DNA of 64,000 nt from Isurus oxyrinchus (GCA_026770705.1 JANJGN010000036.1:2046001-2110000), one strand, 5' to 3'. Counted from the first letter of the stretch, positions 48,401 through 62,301 are shown. The notes: generated by a model from the letters alone, not told the origin. Numbers and translations are program-made.

Positions 48401-51400
48401 TACATTTGTGCCCATTCATTTTAGTTATTATACTTACTGCTCAGGATGCAACCTCCTGTACCTTAGGTTTGGCAAAATCCAGCCTTAGGCATTGTTTTCC
48501 TGAACGCCCCTTTCCACCTATAAACACGATCCTGTGCTCCTGGTCACTTAGAGCTTTAGTGTACATCCTGCTTCCACCGTGGACTCTATCTCTATTGCTC
48601 CCTCGGTCTCGCCGGCCTCCTGAAGTTTTCCCTGTTTGAGCTCAATGAGCAGCAGCATGGAATCCTTCCAATTGGTAGTTTATTGTCTTATGGAATCAGC
48701 ATTGTTATTCAAAAGAATCCGATTATGACCACAACTCCATTTGTTTTCGATTGCATGATCTGGTAATGGAGGATAACGAGATGGGAGCCATTTGGAGGGG
48801 AGGAGCTGGAGATTGTTCCTTGAGTTAACGACCCCATTTCTGTGCACGCTCAATGGTTCTATAGACATCCCTGTTGCATAACTTGTATTTCTGTTTTTCC
48901 CCCCTCTATTGAGTAGTCTCTTCCACTGTGATTGTTAGGACATGTACGTCGGCTAACTGCTATCACTCTCTCTCCTTCCTGTCCAAGATTCCTGTGGCCT
49001 TCTCCACTCGCTCAGATTTGCCCGGGGCACCTTTGCGCTCTGTTATTCGGCTGAACCCAGTTACCTGCTGTGGCCCATTCTTTTGCTTACTTAGTTGTCC
49101 CGTTTGACTTGCACCATCATCCGTTATGTCACTGGCAACCTCCTGTCGCCAGGTGACTACCAGCTACCCCATAGATTCTTTCTTAGCCCGAGAGCCTCAC
49201 TTTGCCTAAGATCTGTAGTTACTTTAAAACAGTTCATCGCTTACATTTTCAGTTCAAGTAAAAATAAATGTTATTCGATTGTCCAGCTGACAGGAAACAA
49301 AGACTCTGGATGAAGAGAGAATTTTCAATTTGGAAAGCTGTAAGTAGTGTATTGATGGATAGCTCAGTGCTCGTGCTTGATCTATTTACATTCTATATTA
49401 CTGACTTGGATGAAACAGCACATTATATTGTAACCAAATATGCTGATCATGTAGTAATACTGAGTAAATTCAGGAATGAGGAGGACACAAAGAGGTTGCA
49501 AAAGTACATGGATAGTTTAAGTCATTGGACAAAAAAGTCCAAGATGGATATAATTTTGGACAACCTAAGATGGTCCATTTTGGAAGGGTTATTAATAGTA
49601 GAAAAATATTATTTGATGGAGGCAGACTGCAGAATCTGCAGAACTGGGGTGCTTGGGCGCGCTCTTGTTCATGAATCACAGCTAGGGCAAGGAATTAGGA
49701 AGCACAATTTAATTTTTGCCTTTATTTGAAGGCAGGGAACACAAAGGCAGGGAAGCCTTGTTACAGCTGGACAGACCATTGGCAAGACAGCACCTGGGGT
49801 ACAGTTTATGCTTTGTGTCTCCTGACTTAATGAGGGATATAGTTGCATTTGAAGCAATTAGATTGGGTCAGGTAGGCGGTCCTGTTGGGTGGCTATGTGA
49901 ATTTGGGCAGAGAATTTGGAATTTTGGAGTTTTGTTGTTTTTTTGCATACGCTGTGCAGTTTCACCACTTTCGTCTTGAAGGTTTCCCAGCATTGATGTC
50001 AATTCCCTTGCGGATGGGGAGAATCCTAGAGCAGAACGCAGGGCCAGGTAGGTTTAATTCTGGATCCTTGGAAATAATCTTAGCCAATCCGGGTATAATC
50101 CGACTGGAAATTATGTGGCCAAAATCCCATGGGGCATTGGAAGCAGGAGTAATTTTTCAGAGCCCGGTGGGTGGGTTGGGGGGGGGCGGGTGGGGCGTGG
50201 TGGGCGCGGGTCGCTATGTGGAGGTGGATCAATTGCCAATTCTCCTGGCCTGAAAGTTGTGCTGGTAAAACAATTACCTTCCCTCTGAAGACTACATTCA
50301 GAGATTCGCATTCCCGAGGCCTGATAATCTTTGGCGGCCGATATTAAACCCGGAAATTTGAGTCTGTGTGATCCATTAAAATATTTAACACCCCGAACTG
50401 CATCTTGGGGGATGTTTGCTGATCGCCGCATCTTTTGCAGCTTTTAAACCTGGCAGTTGCCGTCTTGGAGATAGATTAATATCATTGTTGAGCTTCTTTC
50501 AAATCTGAGCCACTCAACCCTTGACAGTTGGGGCTAATAGGCTGATCATGCTACATGGTGAAGGCGCAGAAATTGTATTGTCACCCATAACCAATGTCTC
50601 TTCCTTTCTCTCTCTTGCAGTTAATTCAGTGGCAATTGTGATCCTATCCCGCGGAAAGTGTGGACTCTCCACCTGCACCACTCGCTACCTGGTGGCCATG
50701 GCAGTGGCGGATCTGGTGGTCATTATCACAGCGGACATATTGTTCCACATCGGCTGCTACTATTTTGCAATCTCTTACCTAAACGTCACCCCAGTGTGTA
50801 CTGTTATCCTTGTCCTTACTAGTGCAGCCACAGACTGTTCTGTCTGGTTCACCGTCACTTTCACTTTTGATCGATTTGTGGCTATTTGTTGCCAGAACCT
50901 GAAAACAAAATATTGCACAGAAAGAACGGCCACAGTGGTTGTAACAACGGTGTGCATTCTGCTCTGTTTTAAAAATGTTCCATTCTACTTTGTATATGAG
51001 CCTGGAGAGATCATCAACAACGTGCACTGGTTCTGCAAAAGAAAGCCGAACTATTTCACTGAGCCCGTATGGGTGGTATTTGACTGGTTTGATACAATTT
51101 TAATCCCATTGCTCCCGTTCACGTTAATTTTGTTGCTTAACGCTCTGACAGTCAGATACATTTTAGTGAGCAGTAAGGTCCGCAAGGGACTAAGGGGTCA
51201 GAGCAAAGGAGGTAATTCCATTGACCCTGAGATGGAGAACAGAAGGAAGTCTATGATTTTGCTCTTCACAATTTCTGGCAGCTTCATACTTCTGTGGTTG
51301 ACGTTTGTAATGGAATTCTTGTATTACACCATCACAGGAACAGATCCCGGCAGTTACACCAGTTCTGAATTTGTTTTTCAACAGGTCGGGATTATGTTGG

Positions 51401-51531
51401 CGAATTTAAGTTGTTGCACCAACACGTTTATTTATGGACTGACTCAGTCCAAGTTCAGGACGCAGTTCAAAAGTGCGATGCAATATCCAGTTGCATCATT
51501 TCTTCAATTAATTAATAAACTGAAGATTTGA
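45483..51531 (+). CDS. Two-exon class A GPCR, GPR139/GPR142-like (family expanded in cartilaginous fish), 325 aa
   Basis: Exon 1 45483-45549: MYEAFFSTAKIVFIGISIIGVP G|GTAAGT. Exon 2 50621-51531: (V)NSVAIVILSRGKCGLSTCTTRYLVAMAVADL...TFDRFVAICC...NTFIY. Seven TM segments, phase-1 intron. Confidence 0.9.
46560..49860. mobile_element. CR1 LINE fragments on both strands inside the GPCR intron
   Basis: 49268-49860 (+) encodes LFTFYITDLDE...TKYADH RT-like sequence. Minus-strand CR1 remnants lie at ~46.6-48.9 kb. Confidence 0.6.
50621..51531 (+). CDS. GPR139-like GPCR main coding exon
   Basis: tctctcttgcag acceptor; uninterrupted ORF with DRF motif and the NPxxY variant NTFIY. Confidence 0.93.
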
Positions 51532-52765
51532 GAGCAGCCAAGGAGGGGCCCGAGCGTTTCCAATCCATGGATGCAATATTTAATATTTAATTGCATCCAT
51601 GCATGCAATATTTAATTCCATCTTTCCATCAACTGTATGTCACAAATAATCGTAGGTGAACAGAGAAAACACAAAGTGGGGAAGGTGGGGCGAGGTCTTG
51701 GTGGTCAGCCCTTGCGCTGAGGATACGGGTCTCTTCCTGCACGGCAAAGATCACGGCATTCGGGAAGAGGTAACCTGTGGAGGATGGGAGGAGTAAAAAC
51801 CGCTGAAGAGAGGAGAGTAAGAGGAAAGGAGTGGCTGGTCGCTGCAGCGCCGTAGGTATACTGCCAGCAGGTTTCATACAGGCCAAAAACAGTGAAGCAA
51901 AAAGAATATTTGACCTTTGGAGGAAGGAAGTAAATTAGCAGGAGGAGTCAGACACGCCAAAAATAATTGGGCCCTGGGAAAGTGGTGCCATTAGTAAGGC
52001 TGGAAATAAATGAGAACGAAGAGTTAGTAACGGGAAAGGGCAGTGGACCAAATGTCAGAGCTGACACCCGGAGGATCGGATGTGAAGAGCAACAAGAGAG
52101 TCACATCAGATTTCGCTGGCTAGAAGGCCGAACAGCAGCCACAGTTCCTCCTTTGGTTGCACTGTTTCGATTCTGATATGTTAACACCTGCCCAGACAGA
52201 AATTAAAACTTGGTGCTGCAAAACATAACTGGATGTCTTGTGGCACTTGACCATGATTATAATCATTATTATTGCTATTATTATGTTTCTTGGAGAAATC
52301 GTTTGCATCTCTTTTTCCTTCACTCCCTCTGCCGAGTCGATGTTGTCTGAAACTCTCTCTCCCCGTGGCAAATAGTGAAACTGGGGGACCCATTTCTGCA
52401 AAGCATCAACTGAGGCTCTCAGGTGGAGAGACGGAAACTAATGCGAGGGCACGGGACTGGCTTTGGCGCCAGATAAACCCAATGGCCCAGCTTCATAATT
52501 CCTCCGACTAGTAGAACCGAGTCCGTTCCTGGCTCCCATGTTTGTTAATATTGCTAACGGCTTTCTCTATTGCGTTTTCTCTCCTCCGTTACCCGCTAAA
52601 ACATCCGTCATAAACCCACTCCTCAAGAATAGAACCCTTGACCATTTGCAAACTGCTACCATATCGCCAAACTCCATTTCGTCTCAAAAGATCTTCAAAG
52701 TGTTGTTTGGCTGCCAAATACGTCCCCATCGTTCCTGGGACTCCAAAGCTCATGTGCTACGCCTT

Positions 52766-52945
52766 TCATTCATGGGATCATTCTCCTGAACCTCCTCTGG
52801 ACCCTCTCCAGGGCCAGTATATCCTTCCTGTGATACGGGGCCAAATGTTGCTCACAATATTCTAAATGTGGTCTGACCAGAGCCTTATACAGCCTCAACC
52901 GCACATTCCTGCTTTTATATTCTAGTCCTCTCGAAATAAAGCCAA
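52766..52945 (-). mobile_element. CR1 ORF2 fragment with an open frame
   Basis: GFISRGLEYKSRNVRLRLYKALVRPHLEYCEQHLAPYHRKDILALERVQRRFRRMIP. Confidence 0.8.
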
Positions 52946-55900
52946 CTCTCCCTCTCTCTCTCTCACACACACACGCACGCATAGACACTCTCTCTCACAA
53001 ACACACATATACACAAGTAGATAATGAGACTATAGGAAAGAGGAGTTTTACAACTAAGTATATTTTTTAAAAAAGCACATATGTTGACACTAGTTCACAA
53101 GATGTGCAAAGTCCAGAAATTCAGAGCCCACTGAAGGTTCCTTCACCGGGGACTTACATTTAGACAAGTTCAGCTGGCTGAAACAAGAGTTCTTTTTCTT
53201 TTTTTATATTCATTCACGGGATACGGGCTTTACTGGCCCATCCCTAGTAGCCCTTGAGAGGGTGGTGGTGAGCTGCCTCCTTGAACAGCTGCAGTTCAAG
53301 TGAACTGCCGTAGTGCTGGTAGTTGCAGGATTCCTTTAAAGTTGATGGTGACAAAAATGAGATTAGGCTGATGTGCAGCGGCTGGGTCTGTTCAGCAGGC
53401 GATGGCAGGAACCTTCCAGAGAAACAGACCTCGAGGAAGGTTAGACATAATGCAGTCTGTTAGTCAGTCTGGAGCCCTGCTCTGGTGTTTGAAGGCTGGA
53501 GGTTAAACCGAAGGCTATACTGTGAGTTTAGAAAAATAGCATTTAAAATTTCCGAAGGCCAGAATTAAAGTTGCTCATTTATGAATCAGTTGCATGGTTA
53601 CAAGCAATTTACCAGCCTCTTTCAAGGACCCTTTTTCACCTAAAGAGATAGGCGGTGGCAATAGAACCTCTGCAGCCAAAACTTGTTTCGATGGCTCTCC
53701 CTTTGTTATAGGACCAGGCTGGGGAGCCAGGTTGTCTGCTCGTCCCTGGTTTCCTTAATTGTAAAATGTCCTCGCAATGAGTGGCGTGAGATTCCAGAGG
53801 GGTGAGGTTTGTGATTTTGCACTTTAATTGCTGTTGGAAATTTCCTGAAACTGTCGCCAACTTGTGAATCATGTGACCTGCAGCCGCCATGCCCATGTGC
53901 AACAGGCGCACTTCTTAAATAAGCAAAGGCATGAGGATTGATTAAACAGTTTATGTTCTGTTTCATGTCTCAGGGACATGTAAATTCCTAACAGAAAACA
54001 CATCGCCGAGTTAGAAGACTGCAAGTAAACAACTCCGTGATCTGCAGAGGGCCCATTTGACAGAACATTGCAACAACTCTCGCATTCGACTTTGGCTATT
54101 GAATCAACCTAATTATACATCAGCAGTGAAAATAAAAAATCTGCTTCAGCAGACCTGCACCGTTTTACACTTCATATATTTTTAACTACAGCGAATGATA
54201 TTGAGGATCCGAATGCGATTAATCACCTCACAGATGTAGATTTAAAATATTCTGTGTCACACCAAAGAAGACGTTCTAAATGAGGTTAATGAACCTTTTT
54301 CTTTAAAAACTATCCTGGGTGGAAACCTGCCTTCTGTGTGTTGTTTAACACGGGGTTCATCCTCTTGACCTTTGCAGAAATGTGTGCAATCGCCTTCGGT
54401 GCAATAAACAGGAAAACCACAGAAAGCTCAAAAGAACATGGGCCACCAAAATCGGCACGTCCTTGTGCTTTTCACATTGATTTGAAGCCTACCCGAACAG
54501 AGTTGCTGTGTGAAGGCCACAGTAACAGCCGGGTTCATCGCCAGCCAATGTGCTTCACTGCTGCCCACATGTTGTTTCTCTCCCCGTTTCATTGTCTGAT
54601 TCACACCATTGTCATTCAAAGTCAAAATTAATAACAGAAGTTCAGTGAGGTACAAAACTGACTACTCAATTCGACATCAATTCTGCCAGCAATTAATTAT
54701 AAGAGGAGCTTATGTTTAAAATTGAGGTAACTCTATTTTCTCCTAGTTTCACTCTGCTTTATTTATCTGAGATGATAAACATTTGCAGTAGTTACATAGG
54801 CGCCTGCAATAGAAGAAGGTCATTTGCCCCAACAGGCCACTAACGGGGTTTATGCAGCGCCAGGCCTCCTGCCACATATTCTATCTAATAACAGCAACAT
54901 ATATTTCTTTGCATATCCAGCTTCCCTGCAAAGCACCAGTGTTGTTGACCTCAAATATCCCATGTAGTTGTGAGTTCCACATGGTAAGTAACATCTCTGA
55001 AAACTAATGTCTTAATTATTCCCATGGCAATTATATACTTACCCTTCCAACCTTCCACCCATCCTTCCATTATTCCATTCTTCCATAATTCCTTCCATTC
55101 ATCTATCCGTACATCTATCTGTCCATTTATCCATCTACCTATATATTTATCCACGTATTGATTTAACTATTCATTTTGTTTTAGTCAGACCATTCATGGG
55201 TATAGAACAAAAGTGGTTAAATGTTACATTTGTACAAATCAGGTATAATCAAAATGAATCATTAAAGAGACTCAATGGGCCCTAACGTTCCCATTCCCCT
55301 GTTGTCGGTAAAGTACGTGGATTAACTGTTAAAAAGGCAAATGTTTGACTGATATCAGGAGGTTCAGCGCACAGGCACCTATGCATGCACACACACAAAT
55401 CTACATTTGCATTTCTCCTCTTTGGTGAGGTGAAGGGGTTACTGTTGGTCCTGTATGGAATCTGTTGTAGTCACTTAAAAAGCTAGCGTAATGAGTTGCA
55501 AGCGGGTAACCTTCCCGGTGGTTAAATCGATTCCAGTTTTTATTCAGCATTAGACTTGTGACATGTGCCTCCAATAATCCTTAGTGAAAAGTGAAACGTT
55601 TTTATTACAGTGGGATAACCTGATGTCTATTCCGATATGTTTATATTCATCCAACACAGAAAATGCAAGAGACCATTGATTTGGTCAGAATCTAATATGC
55701 AACTCAATGATCCATTAATCAGCACATCAAGTCTCAAAGCACCTATTTTAATAAAGTGTATGAAATGGAATGCTTCCCTAAAAGTATCGCTTCACCTCAT
55801 CCGCAGAGGGTTTGATGTTTGCTCTTAGATTTATGTATTCTTAAAGAGAAGCGAGAATTGTGTGATCCCTGCAAATCATTAACATCACCAGTGGATATCC

Positions 55901-56577
55901 ACAGTCACAGATGATGTGCTTTGCTTTGCAAAATTAAAAAGTACAGAAACAGACTCTTGCAACGACTGGCATTTATACCCCACTCAAGCCTCCACTCAAC
56001 TTTCTTTATTTAAACAATTCAGCTTGTTATCTATTGAATTTTCCATCATATGAGGCTAACCCTCAATGCCTCAATTCTATTCGCGTCAAATGCTCCATGT
56101 GGTAACAAATTTCTCACATTAAGCAATTGTTAACAAATAATTATATATCCAATTCTCCACCGGATTTCATAGTAAATATTATTCATTTTAGTCCTGTCCT
56201 CAAATGAAAATATCTATTCTACATCTAACTTACAAAACTCTTTCCCTACCATAAGCATCTCGATCGGGTCACACATCAGTCGACCTGTTCCAGAGAAAGA
56301 GTCCCAGCCAGTTCAACATTTACCTGATCGGCTTTACCCCGTTATTCTAGTCAAGCTGTCAGTCCTAAGCCTTACCTTTGAACAGCGAGCAATAAATCTC
56401 TAATTGTGCAGAGTTAGATGATGTAAGAGGCACATCGAGAGCATCTGGATTTAACTTTCAAGTAACTTGAGCAACAAACGTCAAGCCTTTCAAAACCTAT
56501 TTTATTAAATTTGTAGCTTGTGCTTAGAAGTATTTTGAATGTTGTTGGAAATGAACCTTGCTTAATGGGCAGAAAAC

Positions 56578-56622
56578 ACATATAAAATAACTATATATGT
56601 ATATATATATATATGCATATGA

Positions 56623-56660
<38 letters not shown>
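56578..56660. repeat. (TA)n microsatellite
   Basis: Direct inspection. Confidence 0.9.
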
Positions 56661-57059
56661 GGAATAGCCCTGACAAACCTGAATGCATTATCCACCCACA
56701 ATTCCTCTTGCAAATGTAGCGTTGAGCAGCCTTTTGAATAGCTGTTGTGTGCGTGTCCTTGGCAAAAGTGCTGTTGTGTAATAGTTAGGGCATAGTGCGG
56801 ATGATTGTTCAAACGAAGGATAGCGGAGCCCATCAGCCATAATGGCTCAGGTGGGGGCAGGGGGTGTGGTGGTGGTAAGGATTTCATATTAAGATTCCTG
56901 TTTTTAACGTCCTTATGGTCTAAGCCCTAAATATGTAAGTAAGCACCTGATGAAGCTGCAACACAAAACTGGATGTATCCTAAACACTGGAATGAGCATA
57001 TGTAGCAGAGCTAAGTAACCTCACAACAAATGGGTGAAATCAAAATTTTGCAGCCCTGA

Positions 57060-57760
57060 CACATCATGCCATCAATGAAGTTGGATAATTAAACCATAAC
57101 CGAGAACAGGAGCCTCCACGTAGATTCCCATTGGCATTAATATGGAAACTCAGCACATAAGTGCAATGTTTGTAACCATCTTCAGCTTGAGGTGCTGAGA
57201 GAAACATACATGTCAGTGTGAAGCTCAAGCCACAAGCCTCATAGATGCCATTGTCCAGTCAATTCTACTAATTCCACGTTATATCAAGAACAGGCTGAGC
57301 GCAATGAATACAGCAAAGGCGTTAGTTCCTGACAACATGCCGCCTGTACTACTGAACTCTTGTGTTTCCAGTCTAGTCACACCCCTAGCAAACCGGTTCC
57401 AAAACAGCTACACACATGCATCTCACCGACAATGTGAACACGTGCACGGCTATGTTCTCTCCACAAAAATCAGGGCAAATTGGCAATTGCCGCCCTACCA
57501 TCCCACTCTCAATGAGCAGCAAAGTGATAGACTTTCTTTTAGACAGTGCAATCCAGCGGCACTTACTCATCAATGACCTGCTCACTGATGCTCCGAACGG
57601 GCACCTCTCAGGCCACTCTGCCCCAAACAATTGCTCATACCAAACTTGGATAACAAAAGCGATTTCCAGTGTCGAGGTGGGAGCGCAGCATTTGATCGAA
57701 TGTTGCATAAAGGGGCAAAAGTAAAATTGTAGTCGATGAAAATCATGCGGAGAAAAAAAG
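57060..57760 (+). mobile_element. CR1/L2-clade LINE RT fragment
   Basis: NTAKALVPDNMPPVLL...; RPTIPLSMSSKVID...QRHLLINDLLTDA. Confidence 0.65.
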
Positions 57761-58379
57761 TCATGTTCGATAGTTCTGAATTTAACACATTTTACTTATG
57801 CACTCGTATTTGCCGAGGAAGTGATTCCATGTCGAGTGGAGTTTTTTATTTCTTCATCCTGAACGTTGTCAACTCTACATTCGTAATGTACTAACAAAAC
57901 TGCACCACACTGAAGAAATATGGAATCAGATTTATTTTTCAGCAGCTGTTTCACCAGTACATGCATCCCGCTTGCCTCTTTCCATTTGAAAATTACTCCT
58001 GTCCCTTATTCTGTATCACGAGTCTCTCCATATGCAGTGCTCGCATACAATGCAAAACCTCATGGCTCATGTCCCGCTGCAGAGTGTTGAGCACAAGTTT
58101 CCAAGACACTCTCAGTCTCTGTACCGCGGAAATACTTCAGACTTTGACGTGTTCTCTTTCCTGTGTGATATTAAACCGAGGCACCGCTTCATCCTTTCAG
58201 GGTGTCGTAAGGAGGTCACTTGGACACTTTGTACACAAAGAGAAGAGGAACTCTCCTCAGTGCACACAGTACACTCTCTCCCTCACATCATTACCGAGTT
58301 CGCTTTGCAACATTTACCTGTCCTATTCGATGCATGAGGTCAGCGAGAAATTTCCACTACTGTTGTTGAAAAGAGAGAC

Positions 58380-59060
58380 ATTTTGCCTAAAGTATTTGGT
58401 CAGTGACTACCCTGAGCAGGCCATTGTTCGCTGCGTGTGGCGCAAACTCGCAACTAAGCAAAACGCCGGCAGTTTCTCACTTGGAAAGAGCCTGATCTAC
58501 TTCAAATTACCCTGGAAAGGCAAAGTACATGTTAAAAAAAATGAACAAAATGCTAAGGAAGCCTTTTCATACTCTGACTGTGAAGTGGCCATGCACTAAC
58601 ACAATGAAGCCGCCATCCCAAAAAGACGTTCTGCCTACCACACAATTGAAGAACACCCAGTATGAATTTCAGTGCTGGTGCAATGCCAGGAAAGCAGAGC
58701 ACACACCCCAGTGGCTGCCCTAAAGCAACATTATGTTCCGTCTGTTGCTTTGTCATAGATAAAGTACAGGACATACCCCAGGGGCCTGTGCTTGCAAAAT
58801 ACGATCCAAAAGGTAGACTGTTAGAGTTATATCTGCAAACAGACAGCACTTGCTGAACAATCCTGAGGGCGCTTCTAGCCACATTAACCAATTTTATATT
58901 CTCAGTGAAGCTGGTAACGTGGCTGATTTACACTGGCTGGAAGTGATGTGTATTCATACGGAAGCACCCTTCTTTTCTGCAAACAAACGAAATATGTTCA
59001 AGCCTTTTTATTTTTGAATAAACGGACAGCTTGGGGAGCAACAAGCTTATCCATTGCTTT
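58380..59060 (+). mobile_element. Penelope-like retroelement remnant (GIY-YIG endonuclease region)
   Basis: YFKLPWKGKV...PSQKDVLPTTQLKNTQYEFQCWCNA...; homologous to 39720-40115. Confidence 0.65.
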
Positions 59061-59199
59061 TCTCCAAGGCAACACCTGAAACAAACAAATTTGACATATC
59101 AATCAATCAATCAGCAGCGTTTTCTCCTGTAGTAAAATTTATGGTGAACATGCAGGTGTTGGTGTTTCCATCCATCTGCTGCCCTTGATTCTGTTGGAG

Positions 59200-59795
59200 T
59201 ATGTGTCTATCGCTGTGTGTGTGTGCGAATGTGTGTGTTTGTGTGTGTGTATGTGAGTGTGTGTGTGTATGTAAGTGTTTGTGTGTGAGACTGGGTGTTT
59301 GAGTGTGAGCTTTTGAGTTTCTATGCCTATGTGTACGCATCTGTGTGTTTGGGTTTGTCTGTGTGTGTTTGTGTTTGTTTGTGTTTGTGTAACAGTGTGT
59401 ATGTGTGTGTGAGTGTTTATTCCTTTTATGTGTGTTTGCTTTTCTCTTTGTGTTTGTGTTTCTCTGTGTGTCTGTTTGTGTGTGTGTGTTTATGCCTATG
59501 TGTGTGCATGTGTGTGTGCATCTGCAATTATAGCTATGTGTGTGTGTTTGTGTTTGAGTGTGTGTGTGTGTGATTGTGTGTGAGTGTTTATGCCTATGTG
59601 CGTGTAGGTTTGTTTGTCTGTGTGTGTTTTAGCTTGTGTGTCTGTGTATGTACCTATGTGTGTGTATGTGCGTGTTTGTCTTTGTGTGTGCCCCTGTGTC
59701 TGTGTGTGTATGTGTATGTGTGTGTGTGTGTTTCTGTTTGAGTTTCTGTGTGTATGCCCATGTGTGTGTAGGTGTTTTTTCCTTCGTGTATGTGT
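59200..59795. repeat. Degenerate (TG)n microsatellite
   Basis: Direct inspection. Confidence 0.9.
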
Positions 59796-62301
59796 CCGAG
59801 ATTACTGTGTCAAACACAAAGCAGCGAGGAGCCTGCTCCTCGTCACCAGTAAACAGATGTTTTTTCAGTAATACCCCAGGAACAAGATACCTCTTGAAAT
59901 GCCGTGAGGGAAGCCATCGAGCTGATTTGTAGTCTCTAAAATCACTGATCAAGTTCAATAATTCGGAATAGTTCCCCTTCAACCTGTGACCATTGAAACT
60001 CACAGATGATGCCGAGGTACCGTCTGCTTGGATTTGTTGGTCGTATCTACCAATTAAGAATTCCAGTTCCCTGAATGGATAGATTGATTTTAAAATTAAT
60101 CTTATTGGTTTTACATTTGAAGTATTTCATGATAATATTTGCCTCTTCTTGTCTGTACACAGGAAACCAGTTTCGTTTCTTAAAGAGAATTATTGAACTG
60201 ATATGAACTTGATTTCAATCTTTACATATTTCCCTGCTTTAACATATTTCCCATGTTCAGGGCGGCCAGTACTACCACTCTTCACCCAGGAATGGATTCC
60301 CCTGCACTGAAAATGTCGCCATTCAGAAGATGGGAAAGGAGCGGGAACTGATTTGAATCCTAAGAGCTTTCCAAAGGGATCCGCTGCTGATGGGGAGAGT
60401 ATTTTACCTTTCAATGGAATGCTTTGGAGACTCTCAGCAAACAGCTAAATTATCTTAGATTAGGGTGAGTAGGATAATTAAAATTAATGGTATTGAGAGA
60501 AAGAAACTATTTCCTCTGATTGTGGGGAGTCCAGAACAAAGAGGCGTGACTTTTAAATTAGGATCGATCCTTTCAAAGGAAACACTACTTCACACAAAGG
60601 GGAGTGGAAATCAGAAAATGTCTCTCCCAGGAAATCGCTACTGAGGCTTCGGTGTTGGGGTTGTCAAATAGAAATGTCAAAACTGAGATGATTATGTTTT
60701 TGTAGTGCAGAGTGTTAAGAGTTATAGAACCAAGGCAGCAATATGTAACTAAGAGACAAATCATCCATGGTCTAACAGAACAGTGGAACAGGCCTGAGGG
60801 TTTGCATGGCCTCGGCCTCTTGTTCCCCTGATCCCTTCTCTTTTTGTTCACCACGATTTACATCTAAGATATGTTAACACCGATTTCAAAGCCACAAAGA
60901 CTGTAGCGGTCCTTTTAAACTGTGGAAAAAGCTCTAAACACTGAGGCATTATGACTTCGTATTTTTAGCTTATAGAATGATGAACGAGAAGTTAGAATTG
61001 ATAAGTTGTTAATTGAAAATAAGATTCCACCTTGACATTTGGGAAGGGAAGGGGATTTATCTCAATGAGATACTAGAATATGATGAACATACGTCCAATA
61101 AACTAACCTCCCATTTTACTTAAATACTAATCCTGTATACTCCTATTTGAGTTGCTGCTCGTTCAGTGAAGTCCCTGATTGCAATAGTTATTCATATTGA
61201 CCGCTGGTTTCTGCTCAGGAGGACACACCATTCACATTATTATACATTCCATCAAGGGAGCCCAGGACTGGAATATCAATTTACGTTAAACCAATCAATT
61301 AAAGAGAAATGATAGATTCACTGGGCATTGCATGTGCTTAATTTTTGAGAAAAGCTGTGGATATTAATTATATTTCTGATATGAATTCTTTCCGGAACAC
61401 AACAGTGATTGACACTGCAGTGAAATTAAAAAGTGCAGAGCTTCCTGGCAGATGTGACTCAGATGTCTCTTGAATCGGAAGGCTCGTAGAGTCGAGACCC
61501 AGTCCAGAAATCAGGACGATCAAAACGTTTTAAGGATAATTTTAATTTATACTCACTATTTTATTGTTGGAAACCCTGAGGGTTGTTTGTGCACAGTAAG
61601 CTCCCACACATAGAAATGTGCTAATTCCCTGGCAGTCTGCTTTAACGAGGCTGGCTGCTCTTATTCAGATATGGTGCAGAGTTATTCTTTTCTCCTTATG
61701 TGACTTATCAGAATAGCATCTCAGCCAGAAGGCAGCACCTCTTACAGTGTGGCACTCCGTCATTCCTGTACTGGGTTGTCAATCTGCATTTTGTTCTCAT
61801 GCCTCTCGAGTGAGACTTGACCGCACACTTCTGACTCAGAGGTGAGCAGAAGAGTTTCTATATTCTGTTTCTTCTGAAATGAACACTCATCAAACAAAGC
61901 CATCAAACACAGGTCCATTTGAGAGCAGGAAATCCTCGTCTGAACTGAAGGCCATGACTGAAGGCCTGAACACCGCGGTCGATACCTGGGAGTGGACTTT
62001 CAAACATTGTTCCTGTGAATAATATTCAATCCAAAATAAAATCACACCTAGCAGCAACTGTATCTGTGTGTTTAAACACAGCACCAATCTTGCACATTAG
62101 AAACAATTATATAGACATATTCTATTCCATAATAAACCGAACTGCAGCACTGGCACTTTATAACTTAGAGCAAATAGTTTAACTATGGCTGGCATTTACA
62201 TAGGAACATAAGAAATAAGAACAAGGAGAGGCCATTCAACACCTCTAGCCTGCTCCGCCGTTCATGGCTGATCAGTTTGTGTGTTTCTTTGTGACAATTT
62301 T

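Larger units (their letters stand above)
53988..62063 (-). pseudogene. Possible unidentified decayed multi-exon gene
   Basis: Islands of unique sequence with AG/GT bounds at 60226-60386, 59891-60070, 59076-59190, 54227-54369 and 53988-54108, possibly also ~61890-62063. Stops are present; no homolog recognised. Confidence 0.25.

Noticed and set aside
50521-50620. N-terminal extension of the 336-aa ORF
   Set aside because: Intronic read-through: a strong acceptor ends at 50620 and a matching exon 1 lies at 45483-45549.
57961-58599. 212-aa ORF as a host gene
   Set aside because: Its C-terminal part is Penelope-like element sequence, and the rest has no recognisable features.
59891-60070. Resemblance to a glucagon/secretin-type precursor (QADGTS...KR)
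   Set aside because: It lacks the H/Y-x-D/E-G-x-F-T-S-D consensus and an upstream dibasic site; the similarity is superficial.
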